Source: an uncultured Clostridia bacterium
GTDB taxonomy: Bacteria; Bacillota; Clostridia; Christensenellales; CAG-917
Reading direction: 5' to 3'
Length of the DNA stretch: 64,000 bases
Assembly (NCBI GenBank): GCA_947589475.1
Contig: CANQBO010000007.1
Location: forward strand, 33,493 to 97,492
In this document: piece after piece, positions 54,564 to 64,000 of the stretch
Position numbering within the stretch: the first letter of the stretch is position 1
Layout: every line of letters starts with the position of its first letter
Program-made: the position numbers and the translations under genes
Notes under the pieces: model-generated
The model's database searches: none
Seen by the model: the letters and a program-made list of their open reading frames with translations, nothing else
What the model was told of the DNA's origin: nothing

Positions 54564-57041
54564 TCACAGCTTTTCCACGGTGATGCTCACTCCGTCGCTG
54601 TCCACAAAGGCGATGTCGCCGTCGCCAAGTTCTCCGGACAGCAACATCTCGCTTAGTTTGTCCTCGACGAGACGTCTGAGCGCTCTGCGGAGCGGGCGCG
54701 CGCCGTACACGGGATCGAAGCCGTCCTTGATGAGCGCCGTCTTTGCCGCCTCCGTGAGTTTGAGTTTGACGCCGTTTTCCTCCATTCTCGCGGAGAGCGA
54801 GGAGATCATAAGCTCGAGTATGCTCTTCATGCTTTCGCGCTCGAGCGGGTCGAAAACGATTATGTCGTCAAGGCGATTGATGATCTCGGGGCGCATGAAG
54901 CCGCGAAGCGCCTGCATATATTTGTCGCGCACGGCGCTCTCCTCCTCCTTCGCGCCGAAGCCGAGGAGCATGGACGGAGCCGACGCCTCTTTCGCGCCTA
55001 TGTTGGACGTGAGAATGATGACCGCGTCCTTAAAGCTGACCGTCTTGCCCTTGCCGTCCGTGAGTATGCCGTCCTCGAGCACCTGAAGCAACAGATTGTA
55101 GACGTCCTCGTGTCCCTTTTCTATCTCATCCAAAAGCACTACGCAATAGGGCTTGCGCCTCACCGCTTCCGTAAGCTGTCCGCCCTCTTCATAGCCGACC
55201 AGCCCGGGAGCCGCCCCTATGAGGCGGGACACGCTGCCCTTCTCCATATATTCGGACATGTCGACGCGTATAAGCGCCCTCTCGTCGCCGAAGAGCGCGG
55301 CGGAAAGCGCCTTTGCAAGCTCCGTCTTGCCTACGCCCGTGGGTCCGAGGAACAAAAACGAGCCTATGGGACGTTTGGGGTCCTTTATGCCCGCTCTCGC
55401 GCGTCGTACCGCGCGCGCTACCGCCTCGCACGCCTTGTCCTGACCTATCACTCTGCGCTTCAAAGTCTGCTCCAGATCGTTCAACTTTTGAGCGTCCACG
55501 CTCGAGAGTTTGCTCACGGGTATGCCCGTCCAATCGGACACCGCCTCGGCAATATCCGCCGACGAAACGACGTATGCTTCGCCGCATGCCGCACATTCTT
55601 CGCTGAGTTTTGCGGACAGTTCTTCTATAAGCTGTTTCAGTCTTGCGATCTGCGTTCCGCTTCCGTCCGCCCTCATCTCTTTGAGCGCTTTTGTCGCCTC
55701 GACAAGCTGTTTTTGCAATGTCGCTATGCTGTTTGGCACGTCCTTTATCGCGAGACGCTTGCGCGAAGCCGCTTCGTCAATGAGGTCCACCGCCTTATCG
55801 GGCAAAAAGCGGTCCCTAATATATCTGTCCGAAAGAGAAGCCGCCGCCGCAAGCGCTTCGTCCGAAATGGCGACGCCGTGGTGCGCCTCGTATTTGGGTC
55901 TCAACCCCCTCAAAATGGCGACCGCGTCCGCGACGGAAGGCTCGTCCACGCGCACGGGCTGGAAGCGCCTCTCCAGCGCGCTGTCCTGCTCGAATTGTTT
56001 GCGATACTCCTCTATAGTGGTAGCGCCTATGGTCGTGAGTTCTCCCCTCGCGAGCATAGGTTTCAAGATGTTGGCGATGTCAAGCCCGCCCTCCGCGGAC
56101 CCAGCCTTAAGTATCGTGTGGATCTCGTCGATGAAAAGTATGATGTCGCCGCGCTGTTTTATGGAGCCGAGCACCGTCTTGAGTCTTTCCTCGAAATCGC
56201 CGCGGTATCTCGTGCCCGCGACAAGCGCGCTGAGATCAAGCGAAAACACCGTCTTGCCTTTGAGCGGCTCCGGAACTTTGTCCTCGGCAATGGCTATGGC
56301 AAGCCCGTCCACTATTGCGGATTTTCCCACTCCCGGCTCGCCTACAAGCACGGGGTTGTTTTTTGTGCGACGGCAAAGCACCTGAATGACGCGCTCCGTT
56401 TCCTTGTCCCTGCCAATGACGGGATCCAGCTTGCCCTGTTTAGCCTTAAGCGTGAGGTCTGTCCCGAATTTGTTTAGCTCGCTCCCCGCTGGAAGTGCCG
56501 CGTTCCCCCCTTTCACGGAGTATCTTTCCTCGCCGTACTTGTCCTCGCCGTAGCCGCTCTCTGCGCGGAATATGCCGTCCGCCCCCTGCGCGCCTTCGTT
56601 TGAAACGCTGTACTCGGGTCGCTTGCCGCCGCCCTCTACCATGGCGTTGTATGCAAGCATCTGCACGTGTCCGGGGTCTATGCCCATATCGGCAAGTATC
56701 CTGCACGCGCCGCTCTCGGCGTCGTCGAGCACGGCATAAAGCAGATGTTCGGTGTACACAGCGTCACTGCCCAGTTCCACCGCAATACTGTGCGAATACG
56801 CCATCGCCACTTTGGAGCGCGGAGACATCACTACGCTTTCGCAGGACGCGCCGTCTATGGGTCCCTTCACAATATCGCGAGCGTATATCCCGCTCATATT
56901 GAGAATGTTGCAAGCGGTCGTACCCCCGACCGCCAGCAGTCCGTACAGCAAATGCTCGCTGTAAACGATGCCTCCGCTGTCCGCGGCGAGCCTCGCCGCG
57001 CTTTCCAAAACAGCCTGCGCTTTTTTTGAGTATGTGATCAT
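54564..57041 (-). CDS. clpC: ATP-dependent Clp protease ATP-binding subunit ClpC
   Basis: 825 aa with Clp-N repeats, two AAA modules ([18 protein letters not shown]) and a UVR-like linker. The start overlaps the upstream stop (ATGA). Confidence 0.95.
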   Translation of the reverse strand: MITYSKKAQAVLESAARLAADSGGIVYSEHLLYGLLAVGGTTACNILNMSGIYARDIVKGPIDGASCESVVMSPRSKVAMAYSHSIAVELGSDAVYTEHLLYAVLDDAESGACRILADMGIDPGHVQMLAYNAMVEGGGKRPEYSVSNEGAQGADGIFRAESGYGEDKYGEERYSVKGGNAALPAGSELNKFGTDLTLKAKQGKLDPVIGRDKETERVIQVLCRRTKNNPVLVGEPGVGKSAIVDGLAIAIAEDKVPEPLKGKTVFSLDLSALVAGTRYRGDFEERLKTVLGSIKQRGDIILFIDEIHTILKAGSAEGGLDIANILKPMLARGELTTIGATTIEEYRKQFEQDSALERRFQPVRVDEPSVADAVAILRGLRPKYEAHHGVAISDEALAAAASLSDRYIRDRFLPDKAVDLIDEAASRKRLAIKDVPNSIATLQKQLVEATKALKEMRADGSGTQIARLKQLIEELSAKLSEECAACGEAYVVSSADIAEAVSDWTGIPVSKLSSVDAQKLNDLEQTLKRRVIGQDKACEAVARAVRRARAGIKDPKRPIGSFLFLGPTGVGKTELAKALSAALFGDERALIRVDMSEYMEKGSVSRLIGAAPGLVGYEEGGQLTEAVRRKPYCVVLLDEIEKGHEDVYNLLLQVLEDGILTDGKGKTVSFKDAVIILTSNIGAKEASAPSMLLGFGAKEEESAVRDKYMQALRGFMRPEIINRLDDIIVFDPLERESMKSILELMISSLSARMEENGVKLKLTEAAKTALIKDGFDPVYGARPLRRALRRLVEDKLSEMLLSGELGDGDIAFVDSDGVSITVEKL

Positions 57042-58417
57042 ATCGCCCCCAACCTTTCACGCACGATCTGCGCGCGCCGTATGCCGCGTCGCTCTGCGTG
57101 AGGCTCGTCGCTGATTATTTCAAATGCCGTAGCAAGGTCGTCGAGTATACCGTCCAATTGTTCCGGCGAAATGTCGAAAAGTCCGAGGCGTACGCCCAAT
57201 CTCACGTCCGTGAGCAACTCGAACATCTCGTCCGACTCCAGCGTATGCGCGTGCAAAAGCGTGCCGTAGCTCCGCTGTATCCTGTCGAGGAGTTTGGTCT
57301 CCGACGTACGCAACAGGTCGCGCGTGGCGGCGCTCTCCATAGCCGCAAGCTCCATAGCCGCGCTCTCGACAAGGCGCACGGTATCCTCTGCTCCGAAATA
57401 AATTGCGTCCGCATTGCTGATCTGATACATGTCGTATGCCGCCTTGCTGCCCTCGCCGAAAAAGCCGCGCACTGTGATGCCGAAACGCTCCCGCATATCG
57501 TCAAAGGAGCGCTCGAGCCGCCCCATGCACTTGAGCGCGGGCAAAAACATCATGACGGACGCCCGCATGCCCGTACCCACGTTTGTGGGACATGAGGTGA
57601 GAAATCCCGCCTTTGCGTCGTACGCTATGGGCAGTCTGCGCCCCAGCGCTTCGTCATATCTTTTCAGCCTCGCATACGCCCCCGCAAGGTCGAGTCCCTT
57701 CTTCACGCACTGCGCGCGGATATGGTCCTCTTCGCACAACATTATGGAAATTTCGGGCCTGTCTCCCCTCTCTATGATCACCGCTCCGAGCGCGCTCCTT
57801 GCAAGCGGAGGAGAGATGAGGTGCCTTTCGAGCAACATCGTCTTTTGCAGACCGTCAAGCTCCGCCATATAATAGATGTCGCCCCGAAAAATGCCTTTCG
57901 CGGCAAACATAGCCTCCCGTCCGAGGCGTTCTGTAGCGGGCAGATCGCGCCCGCTCGTATGCTCGCCCGCAAGCCTTTCGAGTTTGCGTGGGAATAGCAT
58001 CCCCTCGACGTTGCGCGCAAGCCTCACGCGAGAAGAGACTACATAGTCCCTCACTCTGCCCCTCTGCTCGTCGGTGAGAGTATCAAGCACGACGTCAGTG
58101 CCGCCCGCGCCCCGTCTCAGCCGCGCCAGCTCTCTCCCCGCGACTTTGCTCATATGCCTGTAGCAGTCGGGGCATCCGAAAAGATAGCTCTCGGCAAATT
58201 CCTCCGCCGTGCAACCGCAGGAGGGGCACTCCAGCCCTATGCGCGACAAACTCTGCCTTGCGACGGCAATGGGGTCCAAGCCCGAAGCGAGCGCGCGCCT
58301 GTAGCACGCCTCGCAATAGGCATAGCTGACCGAAGCGCCGTTTTCGACAACGGTCTCCATACGCTCGGCGCGCCTCTCCCCGCAAATATCGCAAAGCCTC
58401 ATCCTCTCATGTCGCAC
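57038..58417 (-). CDS. mcsB: Protein arginine kinase McsB with an N-terminal McsA-like four-CxxC zinc-finger module (apparent McsA-McsB fusion)
   Basis: GTG start at 58417, 8 nt after AAAGGA. The N-terminus has CDIC..CEAC..CPSC..CPDC. It is followed by the guanido-kinase core VVSSRVRLARNVEG, CEEDHIR and TNVGTGMRASV. Confidence 0.85.
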   Translation of the reverse strand: MRHERMRLCDICGERRAERMETVVENGASVSYAYCEACYRRALASGLDPIAVARQSLSRIGLECPSCGCTAEEFAESYLFGCPDCYRHMSKVAGRELARLRRGAGGTDVVLDTLTDEQRGRVRDYVVSSRVRLARNVEGMLFPRKLERLAGEHTSGRDLPATERLGREAMFAAKGIFRGDIYYMAELDGLQKTMLLERHLISPPLARSALGAVIIERGDRPEISIMLCEEDHIRAQCVKKGLDLAGAYARLKRYDEALGRRLPIAYDAKAGFLTSCPTNVGTGMRASVMMFLPALKCMGRLERSFDDMRERFGITVRGFFGEGSKAAYDMYQISNADAIYFGAEDTVRLVESAAMELAAMESAATRDLLRTSETKLLDRIQRSYGTLLHAHTLESDEMFELLTDVRLGVRLGLFDISPEQLDGILDDLATAFEIISDEPHAERRGIRRAQIVRERLGAI

Positions 58418-58468
58418 ACGCGACGTCCTTTACTTATTTTCCAAAAAAGCGACTTTAAATCGCCGTTT

Positions 58469-59347
58469 TTACATCATAAACCTGTCGTTCAGCGACTTGA
58501 GATATGTCGCGAACCCATCCGCAAGATCGCCGTCCCTCAGGGCGTATTCCACATTCGCCTCCAGATACCCGAGCTTGTCGCCTATGTCGTAGCGCCTCGC
58601 TTCAAACTCGCATGCGCATACGCTCATACCCTCCGTCGCGAGCGTGTCAATAGCGTCCGTCAGATACACCTCGCCGCCCTTTTGAGGAGTGCGCTCTATC
58701 GCGCCGAAGATGTCCGGGGTCAGCACAAAACGTCCCAGAGACGCAAGATCGCTGGGCAATGCGCCCTCGGGTTTTTCGACTATGCCCTTGACGCGGGTGA
58801 CGCGCTCCGAAATTCGCTCGCCGAGTATCATGACCCCGCACTTGCGCGCGACCTCTTCGGAACACTTTTGACAGCCCACTATTGTCGCACCCGTAAGCTC
58901 GTATGCGTCGATGAGCTGTTTTAGTACGGGAGTCCCCTCCCCCGTATACATTATGTCGTCGCCGAACATCACCCCTACGGGCGAACCCGCCGCGAACTTT
59001 TTGCACAGCGCGACAGCCCTGCCGTTGCCTCTCATTTCCTTTTGCGTAACAAAGGATATCTTCATGCCGAAGTCCCTGTTTGCGAGCGCCAAAGCCTCCC
59101 TCTTTCCCGTCGCCTCGAGTTGAGCGTTGAGCGCGACATTCGGCTCGAAAAGCTGCTTTATGTACTGTTTTTGCGGCGAGAGGACGATCATGACTTCCTC
59201 TATGCCGCTCTCTCTCGCCTCGTCCAGAATATAGCAAAGCGCAGGAGCGTCCACGATGGGCAACAGCTCCTTCGGCATTACCTTTGTGAGAGGCAAAAAG
59301 CGGGTCCCGAAGCCCGCGCACGGAATTATGGCTTTTCTTACAGACAT
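58469..59347 (-). CDS. galU: UTP-glucose-1-phosphate uridylyltransferase
   Basis: KAIIPCAGFGTRFLPLTKVMPKELLPIVD; AAGGAGGG RBS. Confidence 0.9.
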   Translation of the reverse strand: MSVRKAIIPCAGFGTRFLPLTKVMPKELLPIVDAPALCYILDEARESGIEEVMIVLSPQKQYIKQLFEPNVALNAQLEATGKREALALANRDFGMKISFVTQKEMRGNGRAVALCKKFAAGSPVGVMFGDDIMYTGEGTPVLKQLIDAYELTGATIVGCQKCSEEVARKCGVMILGERISERVTRVKGIVEKPEGALPSDLASLGRFVLTPDIFGAIERTPQKGGEVYLTDAIDTLATEGMSVCACEFEARRYDIGDKLGYLEANVEYALRDGDLADGFATYLKSLNDRFMM

Positions 59348-59706
59348 TATACCCTCCTTTTAAGCGATCGCTTGCGTAACGGTATAAATTGTATGCGCCT
59401 GAGCACGATTGTGCGCCTACGCGCGCGCCAAATGTCTTTGTATTCTAAATCATTTTAACATATTTGCGCGTTCTGTACAAGAGTATAACGCCAATTTATG
59501 GCGTTCCGCTTTAAAAAAATTCGCATTTGATTTTTTGACGCGTGCGGGGCAATATGTGCCGCCATGACTGTTTTGCGACTTTTGCGCCTGTCTTAAAGCC
59601 GCATGAAAATGGCGTCTGACCTTTTGTTTTGGCGACGCTCGACCTCGCCGAGCCGAAATACGCTCTGCCTCATAATCAAGAAATTTTTTGCCCCCCCCCA
59701 TGTGAC

Positions 59707-59753
59707 AAAAACGCCTCTTCGCCTGCCGTACAATGATGACAAGTGAAGAGGCG
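59707..59753 (-). terminator. Probable galE terminator
   Basis: On the minus strand, a CGCCTCTTC/GAAGAGGCG 9-bp stem with a large 24-nt loop, followed by T5. Confidence 0.45.
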
Positions 59754-59786
59754 ATGTATGCTTTTATGCCGCTCTATCGCAGCGTA

Positions 59787-60773
59787 TTATTTATCGAAGC
59801 CGTGCGGGTGTGTGGAGTGCCACTTCCACGCGGATGAGATTATGCTCTCGAGGCTGTCATAGCGAGGTTTCCAGCCCAGCTCGCGCTTTATCTTCTCGCT
59901 TGAGGCGACGAGAGTGGCGGGATCTCCGGGACGTCTGCCCTCTATCTCGCGCTTTATCTTTATGCCCGTGACTTTTTCGGTCATATCGATGACCTCTTTG
60001 ACGGAAAAGCCGTTGCCGTTGCCGAGGTTGTAGTGCGTGGACTTGCCTCCCTTCTTCAGATAATCGAGGGCGCGGATGTGCGCGTCCGCTAGGTCGGTGA
60101 TGTGGATGTAGTCCCTTATGCAGGTGCCGTCGGGCGTGGGATAATCCTCGCCGAATATGCCGATGTGATCGCGCGTGCCGTTTGCGACTTGCAAAATTAT
60201 GGGGATGAGGTGGCTTTCGGGATTGTGAGCCTCGCCTATCTCGCCGCTTGCATGCGCTCCCGCCGCGTTGAAATATCTCAGCGCGACGTACTTAAGCCCG
60301 TACGCCTTGTCGTAGTCCTGCATGAACTGCTCCATCATCAGCTTCGTCTGTCCGTACACGCTTGTCGGGTTTTGCGGGCTGTCCTCGGTGATAAGCCCGT
60401 CCCCGCAGTCGCCGTATGTCGCCGCAGACGACGAGAACACGAGATACTTGACGTTTTCCGCGATCATAGCGTCCAAAAGCGCGAGAGTGCCCGCAACGTT
60501 GTTGTGATAATACTTGGCGGGGGTGGTCATGCTTTCCCCGACAAGCGAATATGCCGCGAAATGTATCACGCTGTCCACGCCGTACTTTTTGAAAGTCTCC
60601 CTCAACAGCTCGACGTCGAAGATGTCGCCCTGTATAAACGGTACGCCCTCAGGGACAGACTCGACGTGCCCCGTCGTGAGATTGTCGTATACGACGACGC
60701 CCATGCCGCGCTCCTTAAGTTCCCTAACGCAATGCGAGCCGATGTAGCCCGCGCCTCCTGTGACAAGAATCAT
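59787..60773 (-). CDS. galE: UDP-glucose 4-epimerase
   Basis: Start MILVTGGAGYIGSH at 60773, with the YxxxK site (YGQTKLM). The 110-aa N-terminal extension in the ORF track overlaps dinB and was rejected. Confidence 0.95.
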   Translation of the reverse strand: MILVTGGAGYIGSHCVRELKERGMGVVVYDNLTTGHVESVPEGVPFIQGDIFDVELLRETFKKYGVDSVIHFAAYSLVGESMTTPAKYYHNNVAGTLALLDAMIAENVKYLVFSSSAATYGDCGDGLITEDSPQNPTSVYGQTKLMMEQFMQDYDKAYGLKYVALRYFNAAGAHASGEIGEAHNPESHLIPIILQVANGTRDHIGIFGEDYPTPDGTCIRDYIHITDLADAHIRALDYLKKGGKSTHYNLGNGNGFSVKEVIDMTEKVTGIKIKREIEGRRPGDPATLVASSEKIKRELGWKPRYDSLESIISSAWKWHSTHPHGFDK

Positions 60774-60812
60774 ATCTAACTCCCTTGCGCATATGCGCCA
60801 AAAAATTGTCCT

Positions 60813-62108
60813 ATGACATATTATAAACTCGAACCTCTTGTTTTGCAAGCCAAAAGTGTATATAATAAAGGTGTGGAAAAAACAATTTTGCATTGCGATC
60901 TGAACAACTTCTACGCCTCGGTGGAGCAAAAGTTGCATCCCGAATACGACGGGTTGCCGCTTGCCGTATGCGGCGATCCGAAACAGCGCCACGGCATCGT
61001 GCTCGCAAAAAACCAGCTCGCAAAAAAAGCGGGAGTGCAAACGGGCGAGGCGATATGGATATCGAAGCAGAAATGCCCCGATATTGTTTTCGTCGCGCCG
61101 CATTACAACGAATACGTCAAATATTCAAATCAAGTCTTTTCCATATACACTCAGTACACCGACCGCGTGGAAAGCTTCGGCATAGACGAGTGTTGGCTGG
61201 ACGTGACGGGCAGTAAAAAGCTGTTCGGAGAGGGCAAGGTCATCGCTGATACCTTGCGCGAGCGCGTCAAGGCGGAGACGGGGCTTACCATATCCGTGGG
61301 CGTTTCTTTCACAAAGACGCTCGCAAAGCTGGGCAGCGATCTGAAAAAGCCCGACGCCACCACCGTCCTCGACAGAGCGCACTATATGGACATCATCGGC
61401 GACCTATCCCCTTCCGAGCTGATCATGATAGGCTCTCGCACCGCAAAGAAGCTCTCCGACCTCAACATCCACACCATACGCGAGCTGGCGGGCGCGGACA
61501 GGACAGCCTTGAGATACCACTTCGGAGTCATCGCGGACAACATGATAAACGCCGCCGCGGGCATTGAGACGGAGGAAGTGAAACGCTTCGACGACCGCTC
61601 CGTGCCCAAAAGCGTCTCAAACGGCACCACCACTCCCCGCAACATCGAGAATATCGACGAGGCGAAAATCGTCATATATTCGCTCTCGGAACTTGTAGCT
61701 GTCCGCTTGAGGCAGTACGGACTGCTTGCGCAGGGCATCTCGCTTGCGATAAAGGACCCCGACCTCAATTGGAAGTCTAAGCAAGTCCCCCTTCCCGTCC
61801 CGACTTCAAATGCGGGCGACATCGCGGAGGAAGCTGTAAAGTTGCTTGTCAAGATACACTCCTTCTCGGATCCGCTAAGAGCGATCACCGTGGGCGCGAT
61901 ACGCCTCATAAGCAAAGAGGATTGGCAACCGTCTCTGTTTGACGAAAACTCCGAAAAGGAAGAGAAACTCGACGAGAGCGTGGACAAGATACGCGAAAAG
62001 TACGGCTACCATGCGCTGACGCGCGGCATAGCTTTGGACGACGAGCTTACGGGCAATCTGCACGAGGACGACGACTTCCGCCCCTTCCACAGATCCAAAA
62101 CTTCCTGA
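60813..62108 (+). CDS. dinB: DNA polymerase IV (Y-family)
   Basis: ILHCDLNNFYASVE, SIDECWLD and SVGVSFTK motifs. The start is uncertain: the ATG at 60813 lacks an RBS, and a GTG at 60873 would give the usual short N-terminus. Confidence 0.9.
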   Translation: MTYYKLEPLVLQAKSVYNKGVEKTILHCDLNNFYASVEQKLHPEYDGLPLAVCGDPKQRHGIVLAKNQLAKKAGVQTGEAIWISKQKCPDIVFVAPHYNEYVKYSNQVFSIYTQYTDRVESFGIDECWLDVTGSKKLFGEGKVIADTLRERVKAETGLTISVGVSFTKTLAKLGSDLKKPDATTVLDRAHYMDIIGDLSPSELIMIGSRTAKKLSDLNIHTIRELAGADRTALRYHFGVIADNMINAAAGIETEEVKRFDDRSVPKSVSNGTTTPRNIENIDEAKIVIYSLSELVAVRLRQYGLLAQGISLAIKDPDLNWKSKQVPLPVPTSNAGDIAEEAVKLLVKIHSFSDPLRAITVGAIRLISKEDWQPSLFDENSEKEEKLDESVDKIREKYGYHALTRGIALDDELTGNLHEDDDFRPFHRSKTS

Positions 62109-62388
62109 CTTCAAAAATAACGCATAAAACACATATCGTATTTTATTTTACATAAAAATCACACGTTTCGTATTTTATAATGCGTAAAACCAACCATTTA
62201 TATAAAAATCGTTCAAAAATCCGCCTATCGAATAAAATATGCAGATATACGTATTGTGTTTTTAATGTGTCTGTGAAAAAAGAAAAATTTTGCGGGTCGT
62301 CCACAATTTTGTTTACAAGCCTATACAAATTTGTTATCATTATTATATCTGCGCGCTACATGCGCGCGCAAATGTGACGAGGAGATGT

Positions 62389-64000
62389 ATGAGTGCTCTT
62401 GACATTCTTGACATATTCAGATCTCTGTTCGGGCTTCTCGCAGGCATAGGCGTATTCCTCATTGCGATAAAGATAATCAGCAACAATTTGGAATCCATAG
62501 GCGGCAATCGCCTCAAATCGCTGTTCGCCCGCACCTCGAGGAGCAACCTGCTGGGAATTTCGATAGGTACGGCGGCGACTGCGCTTGTGCAAAGCTCGGG
62601 CGCGACGTCCGTCATGGCAATAGGTTTTGTCAACGCGGGCATAATGACGCTGACGCAAGCGTGCGCGATCGTACTCGGCGCAAACATAGGAACGACCGTC
62701 ACGGGTCAGATCGTCGCGATCGGTTTACTCGGCAATGCGAACACCCTCTCCGCGACCGTCATACTTGCCTCGCTTGCGGGCATAGGCGCGTTCATGATGT
62801 ACTTCGCAAAAAAGGACATCGTCAGAAAAATAGGCAGTCTGCTTGCGGGCTTCGGTCTCCTCTTCGTGGGTCTGAGCGCAATGAGCAGCTCGATGACTCC
62901 GTTTACAGTCGAAGGCTCCCCCGTCCGTAGCTTCATCGCCTCGATAAATTTCCCGGGATATTCCGTCGTCCTCACGCTTGTGGGCGCGCTTCTCACGGCA
63001 GTGATACAATCCTCATCCGTCACATCGTCAATTGCGATAACCATGTTCGTGTCGGGACTCATCTCTCTTGATCAGGGCATATTCCTCATATTAGGCTCCA
63101 ACATAGGCGCGTGCGTAGTGGCGCTCCTCGCATGTATGGGCGCAAACACAAACGCAAAGCGCGTCGCTATATTCCACCTGCTCACAAACGTCATAAGGGT
63201 GGTCGTATTCCTCGCCATAGTGGAGGTCATAACTTTGGCGACGGGTGGGCGCTTCACCGTCGGATGGCTGTTTGAGAAAATATTCCCGACCCTCAAACCA
63301 TTGCAACTTTCAATGTTCCACACCTTCTTCAATCTGTTGACCGTGCTCATCTTGTGGCCATGCATAGGCGTATTTGTCAAGTTGAGCGAAAAGATACTCC
63401 ACGACAAACCGTCTAAGGCGGAGATCCCCGCTTCGGGAGAGAGGTTGTATTACATCGACGAGCACATGTTGAAGACCCCGCCTATCGCCGTCCAACAGAC
63501 CAAAAACGAGATCGTCAACATGGCGGAGATCGCGATGCGCAACTTTACGCTCGCCCTCGACACCATATGCACTATGGACTACTCGCAGGTTGAGACCTTC
63601 CGCAAAAACGAAAACGAGCTCAACTTTTTGAACCGCGAGATCGTGCACTTTATCGTCAAATTGTCAAAGCTGGAGATGAGCGACGCGGACCACATCTATC
63701 TGTCCACGGCATATCACTCCATCACCGACCTCGAACGCATAGGCGACTATGCCGAAAACATAATCGAGTATGCGGACAGGATGAATGCATCTGAGGAGCT
63801 GTTTTCGGAAGAGGCTATTGAAGAGATCCGCACCGTGCAGGGACTCATCGAGGACCTCTACGGGAAAGTCATGAAAACATACGTCAACGTCGACCTCGCG
63901 TCGCTTGCGGAGGCGGAGGAAGTAGAGGACGCCATAGACGACTACACCGCGGAAATGGCGGACAACCACATCAAGCGCATCGAGGAGGGCGTGTGCACCT
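62389..64000 (+). CDS. Na+/phosphate cotransporter family protein with a PhoU-like C-terminal domain (3' end outside the window)
   Basis: Absent from the supplied ORF track. I translated it by hand from the ATG at 62389 (GAGGAG 4 nt upstream) to nt 64000 and found no stop. It reads MSALDILDIFRSLFGLLAGIGVFLIAIK...QSSGATSVMAIGFVNAG...IQSSSVTSSIAITM... (duplicated Na/Pi QSSSA-type motifs), then PhoU-like ...ITDLERIGDYAENI. Confidence 0.9.
   Translation, partial: MSALDILDIFRSLFGLLAGIGVFLIAIKIISNNLESIGGNRLKSLFARTSRSNLLGISIGTAATALVQSSGATSVMAIGFVNAGIMTLTQACAIVLGANIGTTVTGQIVAIGLLGNANTLSATVILASLAGIGAFMMYFAKKDIVRKIGSLLAGFGLLFVGLSAMSSSMTPFTVEGSPVRSFIASINFPGYSVVLTLVGALLTAVIQSSSVTSSIAITMFVSGLISLDQGIFLILGSNIGACVVALLACMGANTNAKRVAIFHLLTNVIRVVVFLAIVEVITLATGGRFTVGWLFEKIFPTLKPLQLSMFHTFFNLLTVLILWPCIGVFVKLSEKILHDKPSKAEIPASGERLYYIDEHMLKTPPIAVQQTKNEIVNMAEIAMRNFTLALDTICTMDYSQVETFRKNENELNFLNREIVHFIVKLSKLEMSDADHIYLSTAYHSITDLERIGDYAENIIEYADRMNASEELFSEEAIEEIRTVQGLIEDLYGKVMKTYVNVDLASLAEAEEVEDAIDDYTAEMADNHIKRIEEGVCT

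Noticed and set aside
55110-56477. 455-aa ORF on the plus strand (similar long shadows occur at 36507..37679, 19971..21131, 11161..12153 and 22408..23223)
   Set aside because: All are antisense to well-supported genes (clpC, relA, purM/purF, purL, purC). They are artefacts of codon bias in GC-rich DNA.
59691-59699. C9 homopolymer tract as a slipped-strand phase-variation switch
   Set aside because: It lies between the galE terminator and the distant galU upstream region, not in a promoter spacer or an ORF. I could not tie it to any gene, so I have no evidence of function.
59450-59701. 83-aa ORF in the galU-galE spacer
   Set aside because: It is highly basic with low complexity, has no RBS, and includes the C9/G9 tract. 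It is most likely non-coding spacer.
59787-61103. 438-aa version of the galE ORF, and similar N-terminal extensions of purL (to 14937), purC (to 23256), rpsO (to 28951) and the 3367..4728 ORF
   Set aside because: The extensions overlap neighbouring genes or promoters and have non-protein-like composition. Internal starts with good RBS or stop-start overlaps give products of canonical length.

Overview
This window looks like a chromosomal segment of a Clostridia-like Firmicute. Core genes run about 55-60% GC in hand counts, Shine-Dalgarno sites are strong, and most genes are on the minus strand. All product calls come from reading the supplied translations and the DNA by eye; no database search, HMM, covariance model or folding program was run.

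Most of the window is housekeeping:
- A glycerol/DHA cluster: a GlpA-like FAD dehydrogenase, a second flavoprotein and a DUF1667 protein (translationally coupled), plus gldA and a fused ATP-type dihydroxyacetone kinase.
- ppa and nadE.
- A 10-gene purine operon: purE-purC-purF-purM-[orphan]-purN-purO-purH(AICARFT only)-purD-purL.
- tRNA-Leu(CAA), pnp-rpsO, hemZ-like, an MBL hydrolase.
- The block relA-recJ-secDF-yajC-tgt-queA-ruvBAC.
- pgi, hpf, mcsAB-clpC, galU, galE, dinB.
- A Na/Pi cotransporter gene that runs off the 3' end and is missing from the supplied ORF track.

Five non-core stretches are worth a second look:
1. A ~4.4 kb low-GC island between rpsO and hemZ (28.95-33.35 kb). It carries a COG1373-type AAA ATPase with a PD-(D/E)xK-like C-terminus, six perfectly phased 23-bp tandem repeats just upstream of its promoter, a 743-aa zinc-ribbon multi-pass membrane protein with an abrupt GC switch inside the ORF, and a divergent XRE regulator with GTAC-core palindromic operators. 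This is my best candidate for an uncharacterised (possibly conflict or defence-like) module, but that function is inference only.
2. A lower-GC 276-aa orphan gene inserted inside the pur operon.
3. A ~0.8 kb repeat-dense non-coding insertion between tgt and yajC, with 57-bp units, a 42-bp inverted-repeat pair and a 26-nt perfect palindrome.
4. A dinJ/yafQ-type toxin-antitoxin pair inserted between queA and tgt.
5. An AT-rich decayed region downstream of tRNA-Leu.

I found no integrase, transposase, cas gene or CRISPR array.
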